Source: the human T2T-CHM13v2.0 reference genome, Homo sapiens
DNA length: 64,000 bases
Assembly (NCBI RefSeq): GCF_009914755.1
Contig: NC_060942.1
Direction: 5' to 3' (one strand)
In this document: positions 42,849 to 58,489 of the stretch, piece by piece
Layout: each line of letters starts with the position of its first letter
Position numbering within the stretch: position 1 is the first letter of the stretch
Translations under genes and position numbers: made by a program
The notes under the pieces: model-generated
The model's input: the letters and a program-made list of their open reading frames with translations, nothing else
What the model was told of the DNA's origin: nothing
The model's database searches: none

Positions 42849-43431
42849 GTGACATGTGCTTTTGAGTACCCCATAGCTCCTGGTGTCACTGAGAGTCCTA
42901 GAAGTACAGACTGCTGGGGTTGGGAGTGAGCCTGGGGAGTATTCTAGTTCTACGGTTTTCTACCATGGCTCTCAGAATCCTTTTACTAGTCTACCATTAG
43001 TTCCTGAGCATCTTCTTACTTTCTAACACAAGAAAACTTGGTCTCACCATTTCTTTCCCTGCTGCAGGCTTAGAATCAGTCATTCCTACAGAGAGACCTA
43101 GTTCCTTTTGTGGAAAATAGTATTTTAAGACTACAAGCTCCTTCTTGCTACCAGGGAGCCATTGCCTCCATGCCACTTGTCGTTAGACTTTAGAGACATT
43201 AAACATAACCCAGGGAGCTTTTAACAATTTATATTCCTGAGAATTTCACTCCTGAAAAGATAGGGTAGATGTTCTTTCCCCTATTCCTCCTATTAAGTAC
43301 AACTAAAAAAATCTGGACATTATACATATAAAACAAACATAGGAAGATTCTGCAAAGTGAAGAGAAGTTGGATTGGCTAGTGACCTCAGGGAACAAGGAA
43401 TGACATAGTGGTGAGTTTCCTGGATTTTCTT

Positions 43432-43609
43432 TCTTCCTTTCTTTTTTACTTGAGCAGGAGTCATGTTAATATTGCCCAGGCTGGAGTGCAGTGGCTATTC
43501 ACGGGACTAATCATAGTGCACTATAGCCTTGAACTCCTGTGCTCAAGCAGTCCTCTTGCTTCGGCCTCCCAAGTAGCTGGGACTATAGGTGCCTACCAGT
43601 GTGACTGGC
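43432..43609 (-). mobile_element. FAM (7SL-derived fossil Alu monomer)
   Basis: gtgcagtggctattcacggg 7SL/FAM-type segment; TSD ctggattttctt. Confidence 0.8.
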
Positions 43610-43682
43610 TGGATTTTCTTTTTTGCCTCATATAGTCCAGACATGGAGCTGAAGAAGCTGGCAATCAAGAAACACCAGTGGA

Positions 43683-44058
<376 letters not shown>

Positions 44059-47000
44059 CTAACAAAAGTCTTTTAGACAGTAGCTACATGATTCCAGCCA
44101 AACACCAAAGGAAAAACTGGCACCACTCCACCAAGGCTAGGAAAGGCGGGGTGGGAAATCTATACTTCCAACCACACAAGGCTGTAACATGGAGCCCCAG
44201 TATCTCTACTGGGGGGATATCAGAGCAAGTTGAGTTGTAAGCCAGAAACTTCATCCTTGTTGGACAGTAATGAGCCCTCTCCCTACTATAGTGTCAGTGG
44301 AGACAATGTGGAGAGCCTGGTAGGGAGCTAGGACTTTCACCACTGCCCAGCAGTGACAAAACCACCTCTGCGCTCCTACCATGATGTCAGTGGAGGCTAC
44401 CTGGAAAGAAGTAATGGGTCACTCCTACCCCTCCCAGGCAGGGAGGTATCAGTGGAAGCCTGTAGGGGAGTCTGAATTCCCACCCTCACCTACCAGTAAT
44501 GAAGAGCCTCCACCTCTCAGGGATTACCAAAGGGAAAGTGGGCAAACTGGACTTCTACTCCATTTGGTAGTACAAAGTGGTGCTCTCTGCCTTCCTCTGC
44601 CAGACTAATGTCAGATAAAATAGAAGGTTAAAGAAGATCCAGATTATCAGAACCTAACACCCAACATGTCAAGGTTTCAATTGAAAATCACTCATCCTGC
44701 CGAGAACCAAGAAGATCGTAAACCTAATTTTAAAAAATCATTAGGTGCCAGTATTGGCATGACAGAGATGTTAGAATTATACAACAGACCTTAAAGTAGC
44801 TGTCATGAAAATGATCCAACATGTAATTACAAACACACATGAAACCAATGAAAAAATAAAGTCTCAGTAAAGAAATAGAAACTCTTAGCAAAGAGATAGA
44901 AAATATAAATAAGAACCAACTGGAAATTTTGCTAAAAAAATGGAATAATTGAAATAAAAAACTCAGTGGATGGGCTCAACATCAGGATGGATGGGACAAA
45001 GGAAAAAAGAATCAGTGAACTGGAAGTAAGAATAGCAGAAAATTTCCAATCTGAACAACTGAGGATAATAGACTGAACAACAACAACAAAAAAGCCTCTG
45101 GGACCTGAGGGAGTATAACAAAAGATATAATATTCATGCATCAGAATCTCTGAAGGAGTCTCAGAAAGAGGGTGGGACCGAAAAAGTACTCAAAAGAAAT
45201 AATGGCTAAAAATTTCCCTAAATTTGGAAAAAGGCATAAACCAAGACACTGAAGAAGCCAAGCAAAACCAAGACAGGATAAACCCAAAGAAATCCATACC
45301 AAGACATATCACAGTCACACTTCTGAAAACTAAAGACAATGAAAAATACATGATAGCAGCAGGAGACAAAAGATACCTTACCTATAGGGAAGAAACAATT
45401 TGAATGACACTGAGTTTCTTTTCTGAAACCATGGAGGCCAGGAGGAAGTGGCACAACGTTTTTTTTTTTGCACAACATTTTTAAGTGCTGAAAGAAAAGA
45501 ACTGTTAACCCAGAATTCTAAAGCCAGTAAAACTATCTTTCAAGAATGAAGGAAAAAGAAGACATTCTGAGATGAAGAGAACTTAAGAGAATTTGTCACC
45601 AACAGATCTACTCAAAGTACTGCTTAAAGGAAATTCTCTAAGCAGAAGGAAATGAGAAAAGAAATCTTGGACCATCAAGAAACAAGAAAGAACAAATGAT
45701 AGAGAAAAAAATGGGCTATAAAACAAATCTCAATAAATTTAAAATAACAAATCAATTCTGATGCAAAGACCATGGAACATACTCTGTGAAACACTATTCT
45801 TTGCCATTTCAACAGAAATAGGTAAGAAGTGTCCTGATATTCCAATTCAAATTTAGCATATCAAGATAACTTCTTTTTACTATCTTTTGCTTTATATTTG
45901 TATCTTTTTTTCCGTTACAGTGAAAATCTATATTCCTGATACCATTAACGGATTTCCTTATTTGTTTAATCCCACAATATGCATACAGTAATTTGAAAGT
46001 TGTAATACCCATATTACTCTAACAATAGGTCCACTAACTAAAGCACATGGTTACTTTACAATCCTTAGATCATATCTCACAAAAATCAATGGTCAGAATA
46101 TTTATGTTCAAAAGTTACTTGAATTGATTCTTTTTTCTCTGAGGTTATTTTCCCTAACGTCTCTTGCCCCCACCCCATTACGGGTCACCAAATTTATTAG
46201 TTTCTGGTTTACAATTCTTTCTTTTTGGCAAAACCAATAATTTTATATATCCTTATGTTTTTCTTTTTCACTACATAAAAAGTAGCCTACTATAACTCTT
46301 TTTCATCTTGCTTTTTGAATTTAAAAATGTAACCTGAAAAATCATTCCATATCAGTTTATAGAAAAAGTGACTCTTAATAAATATTTGACAATTAAAGTT
46401 CGATTGAACATTATCACTCAGGGACTAAAAGCGAAAACAAAACAAACAAAACAGAAGGATCAAATCCAAACATTCGGCATTTGAACTCAGCTATATGTGT
46501 TTATCCTGTCCTGTGTTGTATGAAAATTTTAACACAGCTAACACCATGAGATACATTTTAGGCAAAAGGCAGGGCCATCTAAACTATGGGGTAGCTTTTG
46601 CTGATAAAAGCTTTCATTTTAAAGCTAATGAGTCTTATATTGTTTGAGTTTCATTTTTTTTTAAAAGATGCTAGTTGTTTTTTCCCTCCAAAGTGTTCAG
46701 GCATATTCTTTGAAATAGTTTTTAGCCTACCGTAGATTGGATTTTGTTTGTGTTTGACTTGCATCTTTGGGAGTATCTATTTCTGAACAGTGAAATTTTC
46801 TCTCATCATGAACTCTAGGCCTATCTCAAAACTCTTTTCATGGCTGGCTGGCCTACCCTGGAGACTCTTCAGGCAAAACTGCTTCATACAAGCCTCTCTA
46901 AGTAGCAGATCTTGTGGGAAAACATAATACTGCTCACAGTTGGAGTGGCTAGAAAAGTAGGGATGAAACTTGTGTAGTTTTGCATGGGCTTGCTTTGCCT

Positions 47001-47619
47001 CAATTTTCACAGCAAAAGAGCCAGAATTTACCAGTTGGATGCAAAGTGTGTGTCAATTAACAGGAATATACTAATTTATCATAGTTGCTTTAAAAACCCT
47101 GGTCAGAGCAAGGAAATGTATTAAAACATCCATAATTGCATCTTTAATTGAATTTAGAGACATAAACAAAGAACTTGGTAAGACAGTAAAAATCAGGGAT
47201 GTCACTCTATCTTGAACATCACTTGGTCAATTACAGGACCTTGCTATTTATGTAACATAATTATACTTGTACAGCCCAAAAGCAATGCTGTCAATTTACT
47301 TTGAGTAGATATTCATAAATATATACAGTAGTTTAACAATTAGATTCAGGGAACTAGTAGCTGTTTTATATTGATAATACAAACTTCTATTTATTTCATA
47401 TTTTAATCTTTTCCTACGTTAGTATAGTTGACTTCAGATATATTTTGGAGCTAAAATCCACAGCACCACATTTAAGTTGTGCAAGTTTGTTCAACGGCAG
47501 TCAGTAAAACGTATTTATTTAGCAGGCATTTAAGTTACCCATAAAGCAGTAATGTGTGTGTGATTGTATGTATATGTGTGTGTGTGCACATTTAGCCAAG
47601 AGCAGATGGGTTAAGAGTA

Positions 47620-47800
47620 ATAACATTTATTAAACTCTTGCATTAAATGTACTATGTTCAAAATCTCATTTAACCTTGTTTACTTTTCTGCTGAGCAAAC
47701 AGGCTTAGAGAGGTTAAATAACTTGTCCAAAAAATTGGACATGTCTTAACACAGCTCATAAGAGGTAGTACTGTGATTCCAAAGGCCTGAAGGCAGCAAA
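47620..47800 (-). mobile_element. MIR
   Basis: aaacaggcttagagaggttaaataacttgtccaa. Confidence 0.65.
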
Positions 47801-48520
47801 CACTCTGAGAGCCCCAGACAGGTCAGATTGATGGCTCTAGAATGGATGTTCTCTACTCTTTACTATGTTCATTACCATTATGCAATTCAAAGGATAGTTG
47901 TTTCTTAGAAATGTTTGCACATAAATATGGCTGGTTCTGTGGAGCAAGTTTTGAGAGACCCAATCTCAATATATCGTATAGCTCAATTTCCCTGACCAAC
48001 ATGGAAGAAGAGGCCATTAAAATGGCATGCTTTATAGGAAAGCCAATGAACAAAAAGCAGAGGTGATTCTCCTCCATCTTTTTTTTTACTAGAAGATTTT
48101 CCTAAAGTGAAAGATATGTATGTTCCAGGCAGGGTGTAGTTATTTTCTCCTATTACACTTGTCCCTATTACAATTACAGTTACATTCCAATAACTTGTGG
48201 TAGTTATAATAATGTACTGTTCAAGTTATACCACCTCACTCTTACGTTGCAACGTTATTTGCTTAAGATAACGAATGGATATAAAGAAGAAACTAGTGCC
48301 CAGTACAATGTCTGTGGCACACACATAAAAAGATATCTCCATTGGGCTGAAGCATGTGCTTGGGGAATAGAAAGATGGACTCAATAGTTGATAACAAGGA
48401 ATCCAGCCAGGTGGATAAAGTTATTCAAGGAGTGTGATGACAGGCAGCAGGTAGGGGCAGCAGACAATGCTTCTGAAAGTTGGGCTCTGTCAGGGTAGTT
48501 CATAAAGGGAGCATAAGTAA

Positions 48521-48845
<325 letters not shown>

Positions 48846-48889
48846 GTGTCCACAAGTTTTGAAGCAAGAGACCTCAAGCTTAGAATCAT

Positions 48890-50090
48890 TGATTTACTTA
48901 TTCATTAAACATTAATTAAGTGCCTTTTGTGGGACAGCCATTATATTAGGCAGTATAAATACAAGATGAATAAAACATAGCCTCTTCCTTACAACCCAGC
49001 AATGGAAGCAAAATCTGAACAATTACAATACAATGGGTTGTGTAGAATTGAGTTAAACACAAAATTTTATGAATCCAAGGAAAGTACATGACTAAAACAT
49101 ACTGGGAAGTCTTCACAAATTAGGTAAATGAGGTAAAAGTTGCATCTTCCTTGAAAGGTTCAGAGAATTTGGCCAAGTTGAAAAGAAGGAAAAGTGTTGT
49201 AGATACAGGAACAGCTTGTAAAAGAGGATGAAGGGATGAAAAAAGCATCTTGTATTTGGAGAATGGTAACTAATTCTAAGAGTTTAGAGTGTAACGTGTG
49301 TAGTGAAAGTGAAAAGATATGTGACTGTAATGATAACAAGATAGGTGTTCATAAAAGACTTTGAATACCATCCTCCAGCTGGCAGGGAGCCACTGAAACT
49401 TTTCATCATGGGATTGGCATTTGCTAGACATGCAATTACCATGAAACTCACCACAATAAAGCTTTAGGGCCTGTCACTTGCATGGACCCTTCCAAGAACC
49501 TGGGAAGATCCCAAGCAATGTATCCCTGTGGCCATATATCTTTCTAAAATTTGAAAAAGTAAGATATAAAAATCATTTACTTTACAGAGGGCTCCTCCAA
49601 CTGGATAATATTCAGCCTTCTCAAAACTTGGATCTTCTCCTGGCATGATCTTTGGTTAAGAAAGCTGTCCTTGACAATGGGATGGAGGATGGCATGGAGG
49701 GGGAAGAGACTGGTTGGAGGCTCTTACAAATGTCTCAGAGATCATCGGAACTGAGCTAAAGCAGTGGCAGAGATGATCATGAGAGGGGGAAGGTTCTTAG
49801 GAGGGAGAATCAACAGGATTTATGAAAGATACACGAACCAAATGGGTGGAAGGAGTTCTTGGAAGACTCAGATTTTTAGTGTGTGCCTAGAGGGATGGTG
49901 TTACCATAACTGCAAAGTGGAGTATATGTTTGAAGGCTGAAAAGACACTAAATTGTCTTTGGTAGGGGAAAGGATCATGACAGAGGAGTGGTCAATGGTG
50001 TTAGCTACTTAAAAACGAGATGGATTAAAATGAGGATTGTCTATTGAATTTGGTGATTAGGAAGTCACTGGTTACCTTAAGAAACAACAA
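48890..50090 (-). mobile_element. L2 fragments (split by MER115)
   Basis: ttcattaaacattaattaagtgcc...gggagccactgaa...ggaagtcactggttacctt. Confidence 0.6.
49415..49642. mobile_element. MER115-like hAT relic (internally deleted)
   Basis: agctttagggcctgtcacttgcatggacccttccaag...caaaacttggatcttctcctg. Confidence 0.6.
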
Positions 50091-51999
50091 AGAATGGATT
50101 CATTGGGTGATGTTAATAGAACTTAGTTTGTATCAGCAAGCAGATAATAGCATTCTCCGCGCACTCCTCATCACCCTCATGAGTTCAAGGGCAGAACTTT
50201 GGGGAAAGGGTGAGGGATTATCTATCGAATGAAAGGACTCAGTGTAACTGAGGAGAGGGACATTCACTCTGTGGAAAAGGGATTCAGGCATAGGGAAATG
50301 AAATGGCGACTCTGTAGTGGAGCTTGGGAACAAGGGCATGTTGGGATTAAAGCCCAGTTGCTTGGACACAAGCTGCTGGAAGGACTAGAAGTTAAGCTGT
50401 GCTGATGCCGAAGCACTCCAGCATTGCCACAGCATGCTCCCAATTCTTAGGGTGAATATAAGGTTGTCTTTAGATTCCAGGGCATAGCCAGGCCTGCAGT
50501 TTCAGAGCAAGCGAGCTCAGCAATTCAGCAGGCAAGATGAGGGGATCAGGTAGAGCATCACAGGAAGAAAGAATTTATGGTGGTGGAAGGGATGCAAAGC
50601 AGCTCCTCTCCCCTCGATGATCTGGAATCTAAAGTCAGCACTTCCTAAACTCAGAGGGGAGATTCGGCCCATTGCCCTTTATTTCCAACAATAGTACCAT
50701 AGTCTTTTGAATTTATCATGTGATTATATTGAGGTATTAGGGAAGAAAAACTGGTGATTTTACTAAAAGATTCCTAAGGGGAATCAAGAAAGACACAGTA
50801 TAGGTTTGGGGACTATTCACTAAAGCACTCCTAGCAGCAAAAACCAAAAGAAACACAGCTGGAATCATTTTATGAATTGCAGGCAAATTGCAAGATTGAA
50901 TTTAGTCAAGATAATTGGTTTTTAAGTATGTCCTTTTCTCTTTCTCCTATCTGATATTATTAACATGAAGTCCTTTTAAATATCAATAATTTAAGTGTAA
51001 TTTAATTTCTTTAATGAAATTGTTTAATAATTTGAGAACATAAGGATAGCTTTAGAGCAGCCCCAGCAGGAGAGGTGGTGGAAGCATTCAGCCTTGGAGG
51101 GGAAGGAAGGTGCTTGCATCTCTCCAGGGTGACTCTGGTAGATGCCTATGGAGTCCCTTTGAAAGGCCTTCTGTTTTAAGTTCCCCCAGCTGAATGCAAG
51201 GGGACTGCATGCCAAATGCCATTCAGGAAAGTGTAATAAAACAGGCAGTAATCCAGTAGTATTGGATACAGTTCCTCTGCCCGCAAACTCTAGGATTTAA
51301 GCAAAGTCGGAATATGGAAAACAGATTGGACTGTCAGCCCCAGAGCCTGGAATTGAAAGACATTCACAGTCTACTTTTTGTGAAAACACTGAATCATATT
51401 CAGCTCTTGTTAACTTGAAAATATTACAAGTCTGAGTTTCTCTGTCACGTAATTTATGGAGCTAAATTTTTGGAACCTGGAACCAAGTAGAGGGCTTTAT
51501 ATATATCTCTATTAAATGTCATCTTGTGATTTTGAATGAGGCCAAGTTTCCAGGCTGTTCAGTGCTCTAGGAATAGAGTTTTAGCTATTCAATACATTGC
51601 CTATTTCTCCCAGCTTTGTGCCATTTGCAAATATTATAATTATACCATTGTCACCTTTATCCAAATAATTGAAAATGTGAGGAGGACAGAGACAAAGCTC
51701 TTTAAGCCCTGCAAAATTTCCTGTGGGTTGGCATGGATTAATTAATGGCGGAAATGGAAGGAAAACAGATTTTATGGAACATCTACCATGTTTCTGATAC
51801 TACATATAACTCTCCGCATACATTATCACATTTAATCTTTAATCAGAGTTACACAGCTAGCAAGTGCTGAACTTAGATTTTGATTCTACATCTCTCTAAA
51901 TCATGCTGTTCTAGTAAACCTTATTGCCTCCAATTAATTGAAGTTCTTTACTTGGTTTTTCAACCTCCTACAAGTCTACCAAGCTATGTTTTCTTCCAG

Positions 52000-52405
52000 A
52001 CCACATTTCTGCATCTTGTCCAAAGGAGATATCTGGCTGAAATCCAAGTTTGAATTTCCCTCAGAGGCATACTGAGAGCTGTGATTTGAACCCAGGAAGA
52101 TGGTCTCCTTCAGTGCCTTTTCTCTAGTTAGGCAGGCTTACTGTTCATTATAAAAGATGCAGGTACCCTAAGCTCATGATTCCTCTCCTATAAAGTAAGC
52201 CACTGCATGTGTGCAGGCATTACCTGGCCCTCATTGCATCACTTTGTGAGAATTGAGGCTAGAGTAACTGGTATGAATGCTGATCTTCTGGATACTACTA
52301 TTGTTGTGAGTAATAAAATCCTTTGTCTCTGATCTGAGTATCATGTCTTTTTCTATGAAACTGTGGGAGGCTAACTTGTTAGCTTTCAATTAGATTAAAA
52401 TCTCA
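52000..52405 (+). mobile_element. LTR40-like ERVL LTR (3' terminus displaced by L1 insertions)
   Basis: gtgagtaataaaatcctttgtctctga...gaaactgtgggaggctaacttgttagc...aaaatctca; terminal cagacc.ttca reappears at 55342 and 62019. Confidence 0.7.
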
Positions 52406-52407
52406 AA

Positions 52408-55290
52408 TAGAGAAGAAAATAGCAGATGGGAGACAGGACTAATGTGTAGCTCCCACTTGGACAGGCAAAACAGTGTCTGGAGACTCACATTGTGAACTCT
52501 CGCTCCAAGAACCACCTCAGGAACATACCAGGAAAACGGAAAGAATTCACAGACCCTTTGAAAGAAGCACTTGCTGCTGCAAATGCCATAAGATAGATGA
52601 AAAACTGTGAATTATCAAAGTGTGAGAGGGGGAAATGTCAGCCTCCGAACACACATCTCCATGGGAGAACCAGAAAATCTGAATCATGGGAATGATTCAA
52701 CCTTACCTAGGCTGAAATGGGTTTAGGGAGCCAAGTGAAATATAAAAGTAGAAGAAGTGGGAAAAGCCCTGTAGGCACTCCGAGTCCCCAGCTTGAGCCC
52801 AGGGAAGCCATTACTGGCCTTATCTCACAGAGGTCCTTGGGGAAGGGAAGGCAGCCAGTGAAACTGGGGAAGGGCCATAGGGTGAAGGATGCTCCTTGCT
52901 GAACTTTGTAATAATTTTGACTGAGCACAAATTTTCCTGAACAGAATCTGGGATGAGGGTAGGGAATGAAGGGAAAGTACAGATATGAGTGCAGAAGTCA
53001 CAACAGGCAGGCAGGGAGGGGTGAGGCCTGAGAGCCCCGCTTGCTTTCTCAGTGGGGAGGCTTACAGCCTGGGGCAAGATCTGAGCTCTGTTCACTGGCT
53101 GCCTTGGTATAAATTCTGCAGTTGGTGGTGGGGGTGGTGGTGGGGCGCACAGTGAGAATGAGACTGGCCTTGCTGGCTGGATGGAAGCTGGGTGAGACTT
53201 GTCACTGCCAGCTCTCTCCCCCTTCCCTGGCAGCCTGTATGATGCAGCAGAGGCAGGCATAATCCCCCTGGGAACATTGGCCTAAGAACTACACTCCTAT
53301 CCCCACAGTGGCCACAGCAAACCCCACCCAGGGATAGTCTTAACTCAGACCTCCCCAACTCTGCCCCCGCCTGATGGTTTTTCTCTACCTGCCATGGTAG
53401 CCAAAGACAAAAGACTCTTGGGAGCTCTATGGCCCCACCCATTGCCTGAAAAACTCAAGTGTTCATCCTGGCCAATGTAGGGCAAGATTATATTCCCCTC
53501 TTACTACTACAGCTGGTGCTTTCTTGAAAGCACCACCTCCTGACGGGAGGCCAACCAATTCAAGCCGTTACAGCAACTCATAACAGAACAACTCTGCTCC
53601 AAAAATAGAGAAAAAAACCAGCTAATTCCATTACCTACTACACCCTGGCTAACCAGAGGTCCTGAGTCTGTCCACATGACAGCTTCACTGCTAGCATAAC
53701 CAGCATTTGAGAAAACCAGCACACTAAACAAAACTACAAACAAGGACTCCCACAGAGTCCAGTTAACTCCCCTGCCACCTCCACCAGAGCAGGTGCTGGT
53801 ATCCATGGCTGGGAGATTTGAAGATGGATCACATCACAGGACTCTGTGCAGACTTTCCCCAGCACCAGCCTGGGGCCCAGTAGCCTTGCTTGGTGGCTAG
53901 ACCCACAAGGGCAATAACAATTGCTGCAGTCTGGTTCTCAGGAAGCCCCATCCCTACAGGAAAGGGGAGAGCATCACACTGAGGGATCAGCTGATGGGAC
54001 AAAAGAATCTAAACAGCAGCGCTTGAGTTCCAGATCTTTCCATTGAAAGAGTCTACCCAAATAAGAAGGAATTAGAAAAGTAATTCTGGTAATATGACAA
54101 AATGAGGTTCTATAACACTCCCTGAAAGATCACATTAGCTCTCCAGCAATGGATCCAAACCAATAAGAAATCTCTGAATTGCCAGATAAAGAATTCAGAA
54201 GGTTGATTATTAAGTTACTCAAGGAGGTACTAGAGAAAGGTAAAAACCAACTTAAAGAAATTTTTAAAAATACAGGATAAGGATGAAAAAGTCTCCAGAG
54301 AAATAGATATCATAAGGAAAAGACAATCACAACTTCTGGGAATGAAAGACACACTGAGAAAAATGCAAAATACACTGGAAAGTTTAAACAATAGAATTGT
54401 GCAAATAGAAGAAAGAACTTCAGAGCTCTAAGATAAGTCTTTTGAATTAACCCAGTCTGAAAAAGATAAAGAAAAAAGAATAAACAAAAATGAACAAAGT
54501 CTCCAAGAAATTTGGTGAATAGGGAATACTTTTACACTGCTGGTGGGAATGTAAACTGTACAACCACTACAGAAAACAGTACACAGATTCCTTAAAGAAC
54601 TAAAAGTAGATCTACCATTTATTCTAGCAATCCCTCTACTGGGTATCTACCCAGAGGGAAAGAAGTCATTATGTGAAAAAGACAGTTGCACATGCATGTT
54701 TATAGCGGTACAATTTGCAATTGCAAAAATATAGAAACAGCCCAAATGCCCATCAATCAATTAGTGGATAAAGAAAATGTGATATATATATCTTTATCCA
54801 CATATATATATGTGGATAAATGTATGTATTTATAAATATATGTATTTATACATATACACCATATATATGTGGATTATATATATGTGGATATATATATATA
54901 TGGTGTATGTGTATAAATACACCATGGAATACTACTCAGCCATAAAAAGGAATGAAATAATGGCATTTGCAGCAACCTGGATGGAGTTGGAGACCATTAT
55001 TCTGTGTGAAGTAACTCAGGAATGGAAAACCAAACATGTTTTCACTTATAAGTGGGAACTAAGATATGAGGATGCAAAAGCATAAGAATGACATAATGGA
55101 CTCTGGGGACTTGAGGGGAAGGGTGAGAGGGAGGTTGGGAATAAAATACTACACATTGGGTGCAGTGTACATGGCTCGGGTGATGGGTGCACCAAAATCT
55201 CAGAAATCACACCCAAAGAACTTATCCATGTAAGCAAACACCACCTGTTTCCCAAAAACTATTAAAATAATAATTAAAAAAACAAAAAAG
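52408..55290 (+). mobile_element. L1PB with 5' UTR, ORF1 start and 3' end but a large internal deletion
   Basis: L1PBa-type 5' end (caggactaatgtgtagctcccac), ORF1 text to about 54515, then ORF2 end and 3' UTR (caaacaccacctgtttccc) and A tail. Confidence 0.85.
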
Positions 55291-55541
55291 AAAGCAGCAT
55301 GATAATGTGTTCAACATTTTTAACACATTAAAAAAAAATTTCAGACCCTTCATAGTTATTTTATTTATTTTATGGGTAGATAGCAGATGCATTTATTTAT
55401 GGGGTACAGGAGATATTTTATATATGCATACAATGTGTAATAATCCTATCAGGCTAAATGCAGCATCCTTTACTTCAAGCATTTATCATTTTTTTCTGTG
55501 TGTTACAAACATTCTAATTAGTCATCTTAAAATATGCAATA

Positions 55542-55862
<321 letters not shown>

Positions 55863-57029
55863 TCACACTATAGTGCTATCAAATACCAGATCTTATTCAT
55901 TCTATTTAACTATATTTTTGTATGCATTAACCATTACCTTTCCCTTGGCTCCACTACCCTCCCCAGCATCTAGTAACTATCATTATACTCTATATCTCCA
56001 TGAATTAAATTTTTTTCATTTTTATCACCCACAAATGAGTGAGAACATGCAAAATTTGTCTTTCTGTGCCTGCCTTATTTCACTTAACATGATGTCCTCC
56101 AGTTCTATCCAGGTTGTTGCAAATGACAAGATCTCATTCTTTTTTCATGGCTGAATAGGACTACATTGTTTATATATACCAAATTTTCTTTATCCATTCA
56201 TCTGTTGTTGGACACTTAGGTTGCTTCCAAATACTAGCTATTGTGAATAGTGCTGCAATAAACATAAGAGTGCAGATATCTTTTCAGTATACTATTTTCT
56301 TTCTTTTGGGTATATACCTAGCAGTGGAATTGCTGAATCATATGGTAGTTCTATTTTTAGTTTTTTTGAGGAACCTCCATACCATTTTTCATAGTGGCTA
56401 CACTATCTTATATTGCCATCAACTGTGTGCTAGAGTTCGCATTTCTCCACATCTCTGCCAGCATTTGCTGTTGCCTATCTTTTGGATAAAAGCTATTTTA
56501 ACTGAGGTGAGATGGTATCTCATTGTAGTTTTGATTTATATTTCTCTGGTAATCAATGATGTCATGCACTTTATCATATACCTGTTTGCTATTTGTATGT
56601 CTTCTTGTGAGAAATGTCCATTCACATCTTTTGCCTATTTTAAAATTGAATTGTTAGATTTTTTCCTATAGAGTTTTTTGAGCTCCTTATATATCCTGGT
56701 TATTAATACCTTGTCGGATGGGTAGTTTTCAAATATTTCCTGTCATTCTGTGCGCTGTCCCTTCACTTTGGTGATTCTTTCCTTTGTTGTGCAGAAATTT
56801 TTTAACTTGATGTGATCCCATGTGTCCACGTTTGCCTTGGTTGCCTGTGCTTATAGAGTATTACTCAAGAAATCTTTGCCCAGACCAACATCCTGGAGAG
56901 TTTTTCCAAAGTTTTTTTTTTTTTTTTTTTTTTTTTTGTAGTAGTTTCATAGTTTGAGGTCTTAGATTTAAGTCTTTAATCTATTTTGATTTGATTCTTG
57001 TATATGGTGAGAGGAGATAGGGGTCTAGT

Positions 57030-57390
<361 letters not shown>

Positions 57391-58171
57391 TAGTTTCATT
57401 CTTTTGCATTTGGATATCCAGTTTTCCCAGCATCATTTATTAAACAGACTGTCCTTTCCCCAGTGTAAGTTCTTGGCACCTTTGTCAAAAAGGAGTTCAC
57501 TGTTGATGTAAGGTTTTATTTTTGGATTCTGTTTCCTGTTTCATTGGTCTATGTGTCTGTTTTGATGTCAGTAGCATGCTGTTTTGGTTACTATAACTGT
57601 GTAGTATAATTTGAAGTCAGGTAATGTGATTTCTTCAGTTTTGTTCTTCATGCTCAGGATAGCTTTGGCTATTCTGGGTCTTTTGTGGTTCCAAATGAAT
57701 TTTTAGGATTTTTTTTCTATATCTGTGCACAATGTCATTGTATTTTGATGGAGATTGCATTGAGTCTGTAGAATGCTGTGGGAAGTATGGACATTTTAAC
57801 AATATTGGTTCTTAAAATTCATGAATATGGAATATCTTTCCATTTTTTGTGTCCTCTTCAATTTCTTTCATCAGTGTTTTATAGTTTTCATTATAGGGAT
57901 CTTTCACTTCCTTGGTTAATTCCTAGACATTTTATTTCATTTGTAGCTACTGTAAGTGGGATTACATTTTGATTTCTTTTTCATATTATTCACGTTGGTG
58001 TATAGAAATGCTGCTGATTTTTGTCTGTTGATTTTGTATTCTGCAACTTTACTGAATTTGTTTATCTGTCCTAATAGTTTTTTGGTGAAATCTTTAGGTT
58101 TTTCCGAATGTAAGATCATATCATCTGCAAACAAGGATAATTTGACTTTTTCCTTTCCAATTTGGATGCCA

Positions 58172-58489
<318 letters not shown>

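Noticed and set aside
43432-43609. 7SL RNA-like sequence
   Set aside because: It lacks the 7SL S domain and fits a FAM monomer with tail and TSD.
52707-53806. GC-richer region with ORFs of 99-146 aa
   Set aside because: It lies in the L1PB 5' UTR; it is not a CpG island and has no recognisable protein.
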